A stretch of DNA of 64,000 nucleotides from a bacterium (GTDB lineage Bacteria > Hinthialibacterota > Hinthialibacteria > Hinthialibacterales > Hinthialibacteraceae): positions 135,588 to 199,587 of the forward strand of contig JBHGBC010000001.1 in assembly GCA_041946805.1 (NCBI GenBank), written 5' to 3'. Below, piece by piece: positions 28,989 through 38,409 of the stretch (position 1 is its first letter; each line of letters opens with the position of its first letter). Position numbers and translations under genes: made by a program. Under the pieces are notes generated by a model. The model ran no database searches. It saw nothing but the letters and a program-made list of their open reading frames with translations, and was not told where the DNA came from.

Positions 28989-29686
28989 GCGCGGGAAGAC
29001 ACGCCCACCGGCGCGACATTCTCTACTCCGGCCCGGCTCTCGAGAACCTGGAAGACATCTGGCCGGTTTTTTCCGACATCGCCATTTCCATCATCCTGTT
29101 TTTGATCTTCATGCTGGTGGCGCAATTTCTCGAACTCTCCCAGGTCTTCGACACCTTCGCCCGCAAACGCATGCAGCAGACCATATGGCAATCGCTGGAC
29201 CGCAATCCGTACTTTCACGACTTGATCCAGGGCGGCAACCTGACCATGACCGTGCACGGGACCTTGCAGCGCTTCGGATTCGCCTCCGACATCGTCTTCG
29301 TCCTGGGCGAGGCCGACCTGCAATCCCGGGGGCGCGAGGTCCTCACCCAGTTCGCCCGCTTCCTCAGCGCCCAGGGCCCGCCGGACCTCTACATCGAGGT
29401 CGAGGGGCACACCGACCGCATCCCCGTCACCAGCGGCCGCTACCGCGACAACTGGGAACTCTCCGCCGAGCGCGCCCTGACCGTGGTCCGCCTGTTCCAA
29501 CAACTCTCCGCCGACCCCGCCTCGGGAGTGACCTTCAATCCCCAAAACATCTCGGCGATCGGTTACGGCGAATTCCGCCCCCTCGAGGATAAGAATGAAT
29601 CCTTCCTCAACCGGCGGATCGAAATCCGGCTGGATTACAGCAAAATCCCGATCCGTTCCGGCAACACCCCGGCGGGAACCAATTGA
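28985..29686 (+). CDS. MotB/OmpA-family protein (ZorB-like)
   Basis: WPVFSDI TM with conserved Asp; VEGHTD, NWELSAERA, GYGEFRP and NRRIEI; ATGA overlap with upstream gene. Confidence 0.9.
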   Translation: MSAGRHAHRRDILYSGPALENLEDIWPVFSDIAISIILFLIFMLVAQFLELSQVFDTFARKRMQQTIWQSLDRNPYFHDLIQGGNLTMTVHGTLQRFGFASDIVFVLGEADLQSRGREVLTQFARFLSAQGPPDLYIEVEGHTDRIPVTSGRYRDNWELSAERALTVVRLFQQLSADPASGVTFNPQNISAIGYGEFRPLEDKNESFLNRRIEIRLDYSKIPIRSGNTPAGTN

Positions 29687-29904
29687 GGCAGCCCGGGCGT
29701 CCCATCCGGGAAAGGCGTGGATAGGGCATAAGATTTTTCCTTGGAGGGCGAGGCTCCCGCCAAGCCGGTCTTCCCGGATTGTTGGCTCACCAGCAGGTTC
29801 GCCCTCCCAATCCCTTCTCCCCCCGGGAGAGGGCCAGGGTGAGGGAAAGCCTTTGCCGCCCGGGCGGCCCGCCTGCCCCTCCTGATACCGGTGACACCCT
29901 CCCC

Positions 29905-32721
29905 TCATTCCTTTCGTATCCTCAAATGCTGGTTCAAGGCGGGGTGGGGGATGACCTGCTTTTCGCGGTCCCGCCAATGAATGGTGAGTTCGTCGATCGA
30001 ATCGATCTCCCCGAATCCGAAATGCAGGGTTTGGCTGTTTTGAGAAAGGTAACTGGAGCCGCCGTCGACGATCCGGGCCCAGATTCGATCCCCCTTCCGG
30101 GCGGTCACCTTCACGCCGTAACTGTCTGCGCTGGACGCCTCCAAGGTCACCTTGAGCCAGTTCCCTTGCGGGGTTTGATTCTCCAGCAACAGGGGCGTGG
30201 AATCCACGCAGTTGATGACGATATCCATGTCGCCGTCGTTGTCATAATCCAGGAGGGCCGACCCCCGTCCGCCGATGACCGGCTGAGCCCCGGGGAAGGA
30301 GCGCGCGGTGACATCCTCGTATTTGGTCCCCAGGTTGCGGTAGAGGGAAATCCCTTGTTTGTATTTCCGGCCCAATCCCAGGCTGTCGATTTGCGGGTAA
30401 AGGTGGCCGTTGGCGGTGTAGAGATCGAGCCGGCCGTCCGCGTCGAAGTCACCGAATCCCGATCCCCACGTGATCAGCCAATAGCTATAGAATCCCAATC
30501 CCCACAAGTTTGTCACGTCCGTGAACCGGCCTTCGCCATCATTGCGGTACAACACGTCGGACATGGTCTCGTACGAGGTGACGAATACATCCAGGCGGCC
30601 GTCGTTGTTGAAATCGCCCAGGCTGGCCCCCATGTCGCCTCCCGCCACCCCCTCCTCGTTGTACGCGGCCCCGGAAAAGAAACTGATATCCTCGAAAGTT
30701 CCATCCCCCCGGTTGCGCAAGACATGGTTGTAAGTGGAATCGATGGACACGTACAGGTCGAGATCGCCGTCATCCTCGATATCGAAGAACACGCAACCCA
30801 TGGCGCGGCCCTCCGACACGTTGATCCCCGCCGCCGCGCTGGTTTCCCGGAAAGTCCCGTTCTTTTGATTGATGTAGAGATGGTCATCCTGATGCTCGTA
30901 GGCCAGTGGATTGGCGAACACCGGTATTCCATGGTACTGGCCCTTTTTTTGCCCATCGGTTTGAGGATCGAACGCCACGTAATTCCCCACAAAGAGATCC
31001 AGCCAGCCGTCACCGTTGACGTCCGCGAAGGCCGCGGCTCCCGCGTAGCCGGGCTCGTCGATCCCCGCGCTCTGCGTGATATCGGTGAAGGCGCCGTTTC
31101 CGTCGTTGTGGTACAAGACATCGGGACCGTAGTTCCCCACAAAAAGGTCCAGCCGGCCGTCGTTGTCGATGTCGCCGAAAACCGCGGCCATCCCATACCC
31201 GGTGTCGCCCACGCCGGCCTGCCCGGTCACGTCCACGAACCGCCCGCCGTCGTTACGGAACAGGGCGTTCCGGTATTCCGGCTGGGGATGGGCATAATCC
31301 GGACGCGCGTTGACGAAGTAGATGTCGTCATCCCCGTCCTGGTCGTAATCCCCCACGGCCACGCCGGAGCCCATGGCGTCGATGATCCACTGCTTATCCG
31401 GATTCCCCTGCGTATGTTTGAACGCCGTCAGGCCCGTTTTCTCCGTCACGTCCACGAACCGGAAAACCAGGGGGGCGGAAGCGGACTCCACGGGGCCGGG
31501 GGATGTTTCCGGGTGCTTTTGTTTCTCGGCCTCCAGTTTCCCGGCCAAGGCTTGCAACGGCTTGGAATCCTTGAAACGGGATAAGGCATCCGTCATATAG
31601 GCTTGGGCTTCTTCCACGCGTCCCAGTTGAAACAGCGACCAGGCCCTCTGTTCGGCGAAGATTTGCGCTTCCACGGCGCGGGGATGTTTCAGCCGCTCCT
31701 GGAGGGCCAGGCATCCCGCGTAATCGCCGTCCTGAAACCGGATCTGCGACAAGAGAAACAGAAACGGTTCGTTGGCCTGGCCTTCCTTGAGTTTCTGCTC
31801 CAGGTATTTGCGCGCGAGGTCGCGGCGGTTGACGAAACACAGTTCCGTGGCCAGTTCATATCCATCCTTGAGGCTGATTTCGGCCGGGTGAAAAAACGAA
31901 TACCGCATTCGTCCTTCCTTGATGTCATCCCAGGAGGACATGTGCACGGAGATGGATCGGAATTCCCGCAGCGCGTCGTTTTTTTGCAGCCGGGCCAGCG
32001 TGGTCAGCAACGCGTTATACGCCTCGCGGAAGAAAGGATAAAACTTGACGGCTTCCCGGAAATGCTTCTCGGCCGCCTCATACTTTCCCGCCTGATTGTT
32101 CAACCGCCCCAGTTCGTAATACGCCAGGTAATGCTTGGGATTGGCCTGGACCGCCCGTTGCAGCAACGGCTCCGCTTCTTTCAACGCGCCTTCGGCGATA
32201 TGGATCCTCCCCAGGAGAAACAATCCGTCGGGATCCTCGGGCTTTAGCGATAGCAATTCGGTCAGCCAGGCCTTGGCCTCCGCGTTCTTCCCCAAGGTCT
32301 GCGCCACCGCGGCGCATTGATACAGGAGATAGGGATCGCCGGGCTTGAGCCGCAGGGCTTTTTGGCATTGCTGGATGGCGGCTTCCACATTCCCCGTACG
32401 CCAATACGCGCGCCCCAGAATGAAAGCGATGTCCGCCTCATTCTCATACTTCGTTTCGAGGGATTGTAGAAAAGGGATCCATTCCGCCCCCGGATTCAAT
32501 CGGTTCAAAGCTTGAATGATCCTTGGCGTTTCGCTTGGCGCCAGCGAGGCCGGGAGAGCCTCCAGGGCGGCCGCGGCCTGCTCCCGGTTCCCTTCCTGCA
32601 AGGCTTGAATCAGAGCATCGGTCCCCGGACCCGCGGCCGGTGGCTCCTCGCCCGGGCCTGGAACGGCCTGCAATAGAATCCAAAACCACAGACCACCCAG
32701 GGCGAACGTTTTATACGTCAT
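29905..32721 (-). CDS. TPR + FG-GAP/CRTAC1-like + ASPIC/UnbV domain protein
   Basis: Signal peptide, TPR repeats, repeated GDxDxDGxxDLFVxN motifs and SYLSQNSQTLHFGFG. Confidence 0.88.
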   Translation of the reverse strand: MTYKTFALGGLWFWILLQAVPGPGEEPPAAGPGTDALIQALQEGNREQAAAALEALPASLAPSETPRIIQALNRLNPGAEWIPFLQSLETKYENEADIAFILGRAYWRTGNVEAAIQQCQKALRLKPGDPYLLYQCAAVAQTLGKNAEAKAWLTELLSLKPEDPDGLFLLGRIHIAEGALKEAEPLLQRAVQANPKHYLAYYELGRLNNQAGKYEAAEKHFREAVKFYPFFREAYNALLTTLARLQKNDALREFRSISVHMSSWDDIKEGRMRYSFFHPAEISLKDGYELATELCFVNRRDLARKYLEQKLKEGQANEPFLFLLSQIRFQDGDYAGCLALQERLKHPRAVEAQIFAEQRAWSLFQLGRVEEAQAYMTDALSRFKDSKPLQALAGKLEAEKQKHPETSPGPVESASAPLVFRFVDVTEKTGLTAFKHTQGNPDKQWIIDAMGSGVAVGDYDQDGDDDIYFVNARPDYAHPQPEYRNALFRNDGGRFVDVTGQAGVGDTGYGMAAVFGDIDNDGRLDLFVGNYGPDVLYHNDGNGAFTDITQSAGIDEPGYAGAAAFADVNGDGWLDLFVGNYVAFDPQTDGQKKGQYHGIPVFANPLAYEHQDDHLYINQKNGTFRETSAAAGINVSEGRAMGCVFFDIEDDGDLDLYVSIDSTYNHVLRNRGDGTFEDISFFSGAAYNEEGVAGGDMGASLGDFNNDGRLDVFVTSYETMSDVLYRNDGEGRFTDVTNLWGLGFYSYWLITWGSGFGDFDADGRLDLYTANGHLYPQIDSLGLGRKYKQGISLYRNLGTKYEDVTARSFPGAQPVIGGRGSALLDYDNDGDMDIVINCVDSTPLLLENQTPQGNWLKVTLEASSADSYGVKVTARKGDRIWARIVDGGSSYLSQNSQTLHFGFGEIDSIDELTIHWRDREKQVIPHPALNQHLRIRKE

Positions 32722-32846
32722 GGTGGAATTCTCCCGAGAGAAAGAATGTTCGGATTGAGTGTACAAACTCCCCGCCGGCCTTAAAAGAGATAATTGCCTC
32801 GTTTTTTTGTAATTATAACGATATATCGATTTAATTGTTTTTTGAC

Positions 32847-32875
32847 TTGACCCTCGCACTTATATTTGATAAATT
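32847..32875 (+). promoter_or_regulatory. Putative sigma70 promoter of first paralogue
   Basis: TTGACC-17 bp-TAAATT with TG extension; conserved upstream of the second paralogue. Confidence 0.55.
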
Positions 32876-32927
32876 AACTCGGTTTACTGCAAGATTCAAT
32901 ATATCACATGGAGGAGGATGCACCATT

Positions 32928-33968
32928 ATGAAACGGTTCGGAACGGCTGTTTTTATTCTATTTGTCGCATCAATCTTGGCCGCCGCGCAGGACACCTCAG
33001 TCAACGTGAATTCCTATACCATCCCTGAGTTGCCCAGCGTTCCGGTGGTCGACGGGGACCTCTCCGACGCCGTATGGGCCAGTGTCCCCGCGATTCCCAT
33101 GGATATGCTGGGCGATTCTCCCCCCGCCGATCCGGGTACGGGCGACCTGGACATTGTGCTCAAAGTGGCCTGGGACGACGAGACCAACGCCCTCTACTTT
33201 GGCGTCAACGTCAAGGATGAATCGTATGTGGGCGTACGCGGATTAGGTTCATCCGTGGGGACGGACGGTTACAACGGCGAGCGGCTGGAAGTCATCCTCG
33301 ACGGCACCAACAGCGGCGACGCGGCCTCTTCCACCACCTCCGGGTATCACCAGCAATACACGTTCGACATGCCCTACACCTGGGACACCTGGAGCGCCTC
33401 CAACGACATCGCCAAGAAGGTGTTCACGCCGGGCGAAATGGGGTATCTCGACACCACCGGCGGGGGAATCAAGCCCTCGGCCACTTTCGTTCAGGTCCCG
33501 GTTTTCGAGCGGATCGAGGGAACGCTGAACCTGACCAACGATTCGGCTCCCTGGGACATCGCCAACGAGTATGTCGAATCCGCCGCGCGGATCCGCGTCA
33601 CGGATCCCCAGGTCACCGAATGGGCCGCGGCCCCGGTGGAATTCAGCTGGGAGGTGAAAATCATACCCTTTGAATACATCATGCCGGCCGCCGACCTGGG
33701 GTATGACATCACCGATCCCGCGGAAATTGCCACGGGATGGCTCTCCTTCTGGAAAGATCCCGTCCACATCCCGCTGGACCTGAAGGAAAAAATCGTTGTT
33801 GGATTCACGGCGCAGCAAAACGACGCGGATGTGTGGGACGAGACCGCGGCGCGCGAACACCAAACCAACACGACCGGAGTCGCGGGCAACTGGAACAGCA
33901 GCGAGAGTTTGACCGGCTTGATCCTCGGCGCGAAATCCGCCGCGGTGCCGGACTGGTCCTTGCAGTAA
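32928..33968 (+). CDS. Secreted CBM9/DOMON-like sugar-binding domain protein (paralogue 1)
   Basis: Signal peptide; PVVDGDLSDAVW and KVAWDDETNALYFGVNVKDE typical of CBM9-like domains; ends VPDWSLQ. Confidence 0.7.
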   Translation: MKRFGTAVFILFVASILAAAQDTSVNVNSYTIPELPSVPVVDGDLSDAVWASVPAIPMDMLGDSPPADPGTGDLDIVLKVAWDDETNALYFGVNVKDESYVGVRGLGSSVGTDGYNGERLEVILDGTNSGDAASSTTSGYHQQYTFDMPYTWDTWSASNDIAKKVFTPGEMGYLDTTGGGIKPSATFVQVPVFERIEGTLNLTNDSAPWDIANEYVESAARIRVTDPQVTEWAAAPVEFSWEVKIIPFEYIMPAADLGYDITDPAEIATGWLSFWKDPVHIPLDLKEKIVVGFTAQQNDADVWDETAAREHQTNTTGVAGNWNSSESLTGLILGAKSAAVPDWSLQ

Positions 33969-33986
33969 GAGCAATAAGGTATCTTG

Positions 33987-34031
33987 AAATCCGGTTTTGG
34001 GGGATGGAACGATCCCGAAAACCGGATTTTT
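33987..34031 (+). terminator. Intrinsic terminator
   Basis: AAATCCGGTTTT...AAAACCGGATTT hairpin followed by Ts. Confidence 0.75.
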
Positions 34032-34280
34032 GTTTACACGGGATGAATACGCTTTCTTCCCTTGAGAAAAAAGGTGGAAAACTCCGAACCAAATCCCCTC
34101 CTCCCGCTGTGTGGAAGTCAGGGTGGGTGAATTTTTGACGGCGGTCCCGGGTATCTGGCGGGAATACAGGTTAAAACGAAACAGTGACCTACCAGCCGGC
34201 ATCCGCTTTTTGAATCCCATTTCCCCATTTGGCTTGCCTGCGCCATTTCATCAATATACCAAGTTAAATATTTTTTTATC

Positions 34281-34309
34281 TTGACTTGGAGTCTTGGCTT
34301 TGATAATTT
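34281..34309 (+). promoter_or_regulatory. Putative sigma70 promoter of second paralogue
   Basis: TTGACT-17 bp-TAATTT (overlapping GATAAT); homologous to 32847-32875. Confidence 0.55.
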
Positions 34310-34358
34310 AAATCGAACTATGGCAAGAATAAATCCATCACATCAAGGAGGGTGTACT

Positions 34359-35402
34359 ATGATGAAACAGATTGGTTTTGCGGTACTTATCGTATGCGTG
34401 GGAGCACTGGGAGCCGCCGGGCAGGACACATCGGTCAATGTGAATTCCTACACCATTCCTGAATTGCCCGGTGTTCCGGTTATCGACGGTGATCTCACCG
34501 ATGCCGTTTGGGCCAACGTCCCCGCGATCCCCATGGACAAGGACGGCGACTCTCCCGCGGCCGAGCCAGGGACGGGCGATCTGGATATCGTGCTCAAAAT
34601 CGCCTGGGACGATGAAACCAACGCCCTCTACTTCGCCGTCAATACCAAGGATGAATCGTTAGTCCAGGTTCGAGGGTTCGGGTCCTCACTGGGAACGGAT
34701 GGTTACCAAGGCGAACGGCTGGAAATCATCATCGACGGATCCAACAGCGGTGACCCGAATTCTTCCACCACATCCGGCTATCACCAGCAATACGTTTTCG
34801 ATATACCCTATACGTATGATCCCTGGGGCGCCTCCAACGACATCGCGAAGAAGGTATTTATCCCGGGCGAGCTGGGGTATTTCAACAAGGATGAAGGCGG
34901 AATCGCTCCCTCAACCAGTTTTGTCAAGGTTCCAGTCTTTGAGCGAATTGAGGGTTCCATGCAATTCACTGATAATGAGACTCCCTGGGACATCGCCGAT
35001 GATTATCTCCAATCCGCCTGCCAGATTCGCGTGACCGATCCCAATGCCACCACCTGGATCGAAGCCCCGGTGGAAATCAATTGGGAAGTGAAACTCATCC
35101 CCTTTGAATACCTCATGCCGGCGGCCGACCTGGGGTATGACTTCACCGATCCCGCGGAAATTTCCACTGGCTGGCTGTCTTTCTTTAAAGATCCCGCGCA
35201 CATACCATTGGATCTGAAGGAAAACATCGTCGTTGGGTGTGTGCCGCAGCAAAACGACGCGGATATTTGGGCGGAGGCCCCGGCGCGCGAACATCAAACG
35301 AACACGAGCGGTATCGCGGGCAACTGGAACAGCAGCGAGAGCTTGACCGGCTTGATCCTCGGCGCGAAAGCCGCCGCGGTCACGGATTGGTCCTTGCAGT
35401 AA
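34359..35402 (+). CDS. Secreted CBM9/DOMON-like sugar-binding domain protein (paralogue 2)
   Basis: Colinear with 32928-33968 over its whole length; ends VTDWSLQ. Confidence 0.7.
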   Translation: MMKQIGFAVLIVCVGALGAAGQDTSVNVNSYTIPELPGVPVIDGDLTDAVWANVPAIPMDKDGDSPAAEPGTGDLDIVLKIAWDDETNALYFAVNTKDESLVQVRGFGSSLGTDGYQGERLEIIIDGSNSGDPNSSTTSGYHQQYVFDIPYTYDPWGASNDIAKKVFIPGELGYFNKDEGGIAPSTSFVKVPVFERIEGSMQFTDNETPWDIADDYLQSACQIRVTDPNATTWIEAPVEINWEVKLIPFEYLMPAADLGYDFTDPAEISTGWLSFFKDPAHIPLDLKENIVVGCVPQQNDADIWAEAPAREHQTNTSGIAGNWNSSESLTGLILGAKAAAVTDWSLQ

Positions 35403-35438
35403 TTGGTCCTTGCCGTAAGCGTATTCAAGCCTCATGTG

Positions 35439-35480
35439 AACCGGCTTCGGGGAGGGAATGTTCTCCGAAGCCGGTTTTTT
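35439..35480 (+). terminator. Intrinsic terminator
   Basis: AACCGGCTTCGG...CCGAAGCCGGTT hairpin plus T tract. Confidence 0.75.
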
Positions 35481-35667
35481 ATGGATAACTCGATGATCAT
35501 CCTATTGAAGACCCTATATCCCCTTTCGATCCCTATTTCTCCTTTCGATACCGGTCCCTCCATTGGCCCGGATATCGGTTTCCAGTATGATTGAAGACAG
35601 GCCGCGGATGGATTTCCGCATCTCCGGAGACATGGAAGCCAATTGTGTTTGGAAAGGAAATCGACTC

Positions 35668-36591
35668 ATGAACAATATGCCTCTCGACCGACGAACGTTC
35701 GTCCAACTGGCCGCCGGAGCCGTGGGAATGGCATACGCCAGGCCGTCCAAGGCCGCCGTGGAAAAAAAGAAATTCCGGCTGGGCATGTGCGTGGGCATCG
35801 AGGGCGATCCCCATGAATCCCTGGCCAAGGTCCATGAACTGGGATTGCATTCCTGTCAGGTCATCACCGGCCAACTCTCGCGTCAAGCGGAAGAGGCGCT
35901 CCGGTCCGCCCTCCAGAAATATGAAATCGAGGCCACGGCCCTGACCACCTTCGGCCCGGGAGAAATGGTGTGGGATTTCCTCAAGGGCCCCGTGACCATC
36001 GGCCTGGTCCCCCGCGGCACCCGCCAGGCCCGGATCGACGCCATCAAACAAGGCTCCGATTTCGCCGCGAAGCTGGGCATCCCCGCGTTTCAGACGCACT
36101 GCGGCTTCATCCCCGAGTTCCCGGGCGATCCCTTATACGAGGAAACAGTGCAAGCCCTTACCGAAGTGGTCCGGCACTGCCAGGGGAACAACCAATGGTT
36201 TCTCTGCGAAACCGGCCAGGAATCGCCGGTCACCTTGCTGCGGACCATCCAGGACACGAGACTCGATAACGTGGGCGTGGGCCTGGATACAGCCAATCTG
36301 ATTCTGTACGGGAAGGGCAATCCGGTGGACGCGCTGGATGTCCTGGGGAAGTATGTTCACTCCGTGCACGCCAAGGACGGATTTTTCCCCACCGATCCCA
36401 ACAAACTGGGAGAGGAAGTACCTATCGGCAAGGGCAAGGTGGATTTCAAAAAGGTCTTCACCCGGCTGATGGAACTGGGCTACACGGGCGATATCACCAT
36501 CGAGCGCGAAATCTCCGGCCCGAAGCAGATGGAGGATATCAAGCAATCCATCCAGTACCTGCAAGGCGTCATCCAGGAGGTGCTGGGATAA
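35668..36591 (+). CDS. Tat-exported sugar phosphate isomerase/epimerase (AP_endonuc_2 TIM barrel)
   Basis: DRRTFV Tat motif; CETGQE, LDTAN, VHAKDG and TIERE metal motifs. Confidence 0.85.
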   Translation: MNNMPLDRRTFVQLAAGAVGMAYARPSKAAVEKKKFRLGMCVGIEGDPHESLAKVHELGLHSCQVITGQLSRQAEEALRSALQKYEIEATALTTFGPGEMVWDFLKGPVTIGLVPRGTRQARIDAIKQGSDFAAKLGIPAFQTHCGFIPEFPGDPLYEETVQALTEVVRHCQGNNQWFLCETGQESPVTLLRTIQDTRLDNVGVGLDTANLILYGKGNPVDALDVLGKYVHSVHAKDGFFPTDPNKLGEEVPIGKGKVDFKKVFTRLMELGYTGDITIEREISGPKQMEDIKQSIQYLQGVIQEVLG

Positions 36592-36610
36592 CATCGGCTC
36601 CAAAACGGCG

Positions 36611-36648
36611 ACGGGCGGACCGTGCTGGCCTTGACGTGGTCCGCCCGT
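36611..36648. terminator. Hairpin between convergent genes
   Basis: ACGGGCGGACC...GGTCCGCCCGT inverted repeat. Confidence 0.5.
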
Positions 36649-36678
36649 AATGCCGCCCTTCCGTTATTCTCTCTGGCC

Positions 36679-38100
36679 TTAGGCTTCGTCGATCAGCTGG
36701 ATGTTTTTCAGATGGGCGAAACGCTTGAGATCCTCGCGGATGTTGCCATAGCACGTGACCCGGTGCAGGCCGTGTGACCAGTTCTTCCACAGTTTCTCGG
36801 CGTCCCCGTCCACTTTGACGGTGATCTTGGTGCGGCAGCCCCGGTCGGTGTCGGGCGTGTCGATGATTTCCCCGGTAAAGTACAGCAGACGGTCCGGTTG
36901 GGTGAGGATCGCCTGCGTGACCTTCTCTCCCTTGCGCATGAAGACCTGCATGACCGCCCCTTCCTGCCGCTCCATGATGGTGCGGATGCGGTAAGGGGCG
37001 CGGGCGCCGCCGGGCCCATCCATCTTGGTGCTGCCCAAGCAATGGGCCAGGATGGCGGCATCGGTGGACATGTCCATGGTGGGATCGCTGATGAAGCCCG
37101 GCTTGCCGGAAAGCCCCTGCAGGATCATGAAGGTCATCGCGCTGGCCAGGTCGGATTCGCAAATGCCGGCCAATCCCTTGTCGTTGAGGCGGGTGAAGCC
37201 GATGCAGGGGAAGGCGGGCAGGTTGCGGTACATCGTACCATAGCAATCGGCGGTGATGACCGTGGCGTTCTCTTCATCCATCATCTTTTCGAAGGCCAGG
37301 GCCAGCTTGCAGGAACGGTAGATCTCGTCCTCGTTGGGCTCGACCACCTTGTCGGCTTCGGCGATCAACTTTTTCGCTTCGGCCCGGGCGGCATCGTCGG
37401 GGATGGATTCGTAGGCCTGCACGGCGCGCTCCCGGGTGATCTGAATCATGTCCGTTCCGAATTTCTCCTTGATGGCGGCCAGGTAATCCGCGGGCATCGC
37501 GCGGCTGGTGATGTTAAGCAAGCGGCCCTCGCGCAAGTGATGAATGGCCCGGAGGGGACGCACGGCGGCGGCCAGCCGGCTCTTGTCGGAAGTGAGCATG
37601 CAGGTCACCGGCGCTTTTCGCTCCCATTCGCCGAAGCCCACCCACTCATGGCCGGAATAGGGCGCGGCGAAGAGGACGGTGGGTTTCTTGAGGTCCATCA
37701 GCGCCTGGAGCTCCGCCGAGATGCCCATGGAGAGATGGATCAGCAGGATCCCGTCCGCGTCTTGAACTTTCGGTGTGATTTCCTTCACGTCGTCCACCGA
37801 ATCCACCAGCTGGCTGACCACGAAATCCACATCCGCGAAACTGTCCCGCATCCGGGTGAATTCGCTTTCGTACTTCGCGATTTCGGCGTCCAGATCGAGT
37901 TTCGGGGTCGGCCAAAGCGCCTTTGGCTTGCCCAGGTAGATCTTGGCGATCTTGACCTTTGAGGTCCGGCATCCCGGGCTGACCAGGACGGGGGATCCGC
38001 CGAAGGACCGGTTGGCCAGAATGGTGGAAGCCCCGAGAAACAGGGCGCCGCCCGCCGCCGACAAGTGGATGAAGTTTCTGCGATTGAGTGACTGAGACAT
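36679..38100 (-). CDS. Tat-exported L-fucose/L-arabinose isomerase-like protein
   Basis: NRRNFI Tat motif; PC..CESD, LAHC, CRTK and GLHRVTCYGN motifs typical of fucose-isomerase-like proteins. Confidence 0.7.
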   Translation of the reverse strand: MSQSLNRRNFIHLSAAGGALFLGASTILANRSFGGSPVLVSPGCRTSKVKIAKIYLGKPKALWPTPKLDLDAEIAKYESEFTRMRDSFADVDFVVSQLVDSVDDVKEITPKVQDADGILLIHLSMGISAELQALMDLKKPTVLFAAPYSGHEWVGFGEWERKAPVTCMLTSDKSRLAAAVRPLRAIHHLREGRLLNITSRAMPADYLAAIKEKFGTDMIQITRERAVQAYESIPDDAARAEAKKLIAEADKVVEPNEDEIYRSCKLALAFEKMMDEENATVITADCYGTMYRNLPAFPCIGFTRLNDKGLAGICESDLASAMTFMILQGLSGKPGFISDPTMDMSTDAAILAHCLGSTKMDGPGGARAPYRIRTIMERQEGAVMQVFMRKGEKVTQAILTQPDRLLYFTGEIIDTPDTDRGCRTKITVKVDGDAEKLWKNWSHGLHRVTCYGNIREDLKRFAHLKNIQLIDEA

Positions 38101-38409
38101 GGCTTTTCCCCCTTTTTGACCGCTGTACCCGTATCGGGCTGATTGCGAATGGATCATCGATCCATGCGATCATCCCAAAGGCGGGTGGGAAACTCAAGGG
38201 AGGATGGCGGATGGGCAAGCGGGCGAATCCGCGGATGATCCGCGATCGGAATGCACACCCTGGCAACGCCCGGCTCGGCGGGAGCCTTGCCCCCCTGGAT
38301 CCCCGCTTGCACGGGGATGAATTCCACAGCCTAAGAATCGTCGTGGGCGAAGATCAGCCCTCTGGGAGAGGGCCGGGGGTGAGGGATTTATCGAATCCCT
38401 TGTCCGCCG

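Larger units (their letters stand above)
11317..38294. repeat. REP-like family GGAGGGCGAGGCTCCCGCCGAGCCG (span first to last)
   Basis: Oppositely oriented pairs at 11317/11371 and 29743/29783; single copies near 12688 and 38271. Confidence 0.7.

Noticed and set aside
27258..29686. Calling the pair flagellar motA/motB or bona fide zorA/zorB
   Set aside because: No flagellar genes and an atypical long tail argue against motAB; no zorC/D/E is visible, so the Zorya names are not justified without phylogeny
29779..31584. 601-aa plus-strand ORF
   Set aside because: Antisense shadow of the FG-GAP/ASPIC gene; starts within a REP cluster
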